Made by a program: the position numbers and the translations under genes. From Octopus bimaculoides (Eukaryota), in NCBI RefSeq assembly GCF_001194135.2, contig NC_069001.1, positions 22,974,107 through 23,038,106 of the forward strand: a stretch of 64,000 nt of DNA, written 5' to 3'. Shown here one piece after another: positions 63,518 to 64,000 of this stretch. The notes beneath the pieces were generated by a model that was not told the origin of the DNA, searched no databases, and worked only from the letters and a program-made list of their open reading frames with translations. Positions within the stretch are counted from its first letter, which is position 1. Every line of letters begins with the position of its first letter.

Positions 63518-64000
63518 TAGGGTGCAATGGGTTAAATTGTTGCCATTTTATATTTTTAATTTCACTCATGCACATTGTTTGTTTTTGCTTTTGTTGACTA
63601 CACAGTATAGTAGGGTCAGTTGGGTACCATTTGGGAGAAAAGCAGAACCATAACGCAATTCATTCTGATAGAAATTTGGAATCAATATGCTGTACTGCTT
63701 AGCATTTGTGCCAGAAGCTCCAATACGAACATTTTCAGATGTTAATCTGAGGAGAGTGCATGTACCGAGAGTGATAAAAATCAAACATCCAGTCAACATC
63801 ATGGTGCTTGGAGTGATCACTAGTGATGGCAACGTTATGCATGCATTCATCTTCCTACATGACCTCAGACTCAACACGGAGACCTACACAAAGTGCCTGG
63901 AGGAGGTAGAGCTCCCCTGGGTCAAGAGGGTGACTGATGGAAGACCCTATGTCTGGCAACAGGACTCTGCACCATGCCACGCAAGCAGGAGAACCCAGTC
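63518..64000 (+). mobile_element. Tc1/mariner-superfamily transposon (maT/DD37D-like), internally deleted, runs off the window
   Basis: TA|tagggtg terminus; open frame from ~63745: VPRVIKIKHPVNIMVLGVITSDGNVMHAFIF...YVWQQDSAPCHASRRTQ. Confidence 0.8.

Overview
AT-rich, microsatellite-dense eukaryotic DNA with six N-gaps. I found no supportable host protein-coding exon, so it is probably intronic or intergenic. The SINE and MITE families look like those of octopod cephalopods (inference from recognition, no search run). The window is almost entirely transposon-derived: about 35 listed copies of four SINE families, decayed DNA transposons and MITEs (Tc1, mariner, maT-like, hAT-Charlie, piggyBac-like), and 3' fragments of R4/Dong, RTE and CR1-like LINEs. 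It also holds two Penelope-like elements (PLEs) with a Naiad-type RT and Cys-rich GIY-YIG. Best leads: (1) a 1.44-kb retroelement encoding only an ORF1/Gag-like zinc-knuckle protein, flanked by an exact 15-bp TSD inside the tRNA-like head of the commonest SINE (54717-56158); (2) four hammerhead-ribozyme-type motifs of unrelated sequence, two with complete minimal type-I folds and palindromic helix III (5443-5506, 38651-38711); (3) a tRNA-like cloverleaf between 83-bp direct repeats; (4) several fold-back structures. SINE and LINE boundaries are approximate; TSD, TIR, hairpin and ribozyme coordinates were counted by hand. Most ORFs in the supplied track are microsatellite or gap artefacts.
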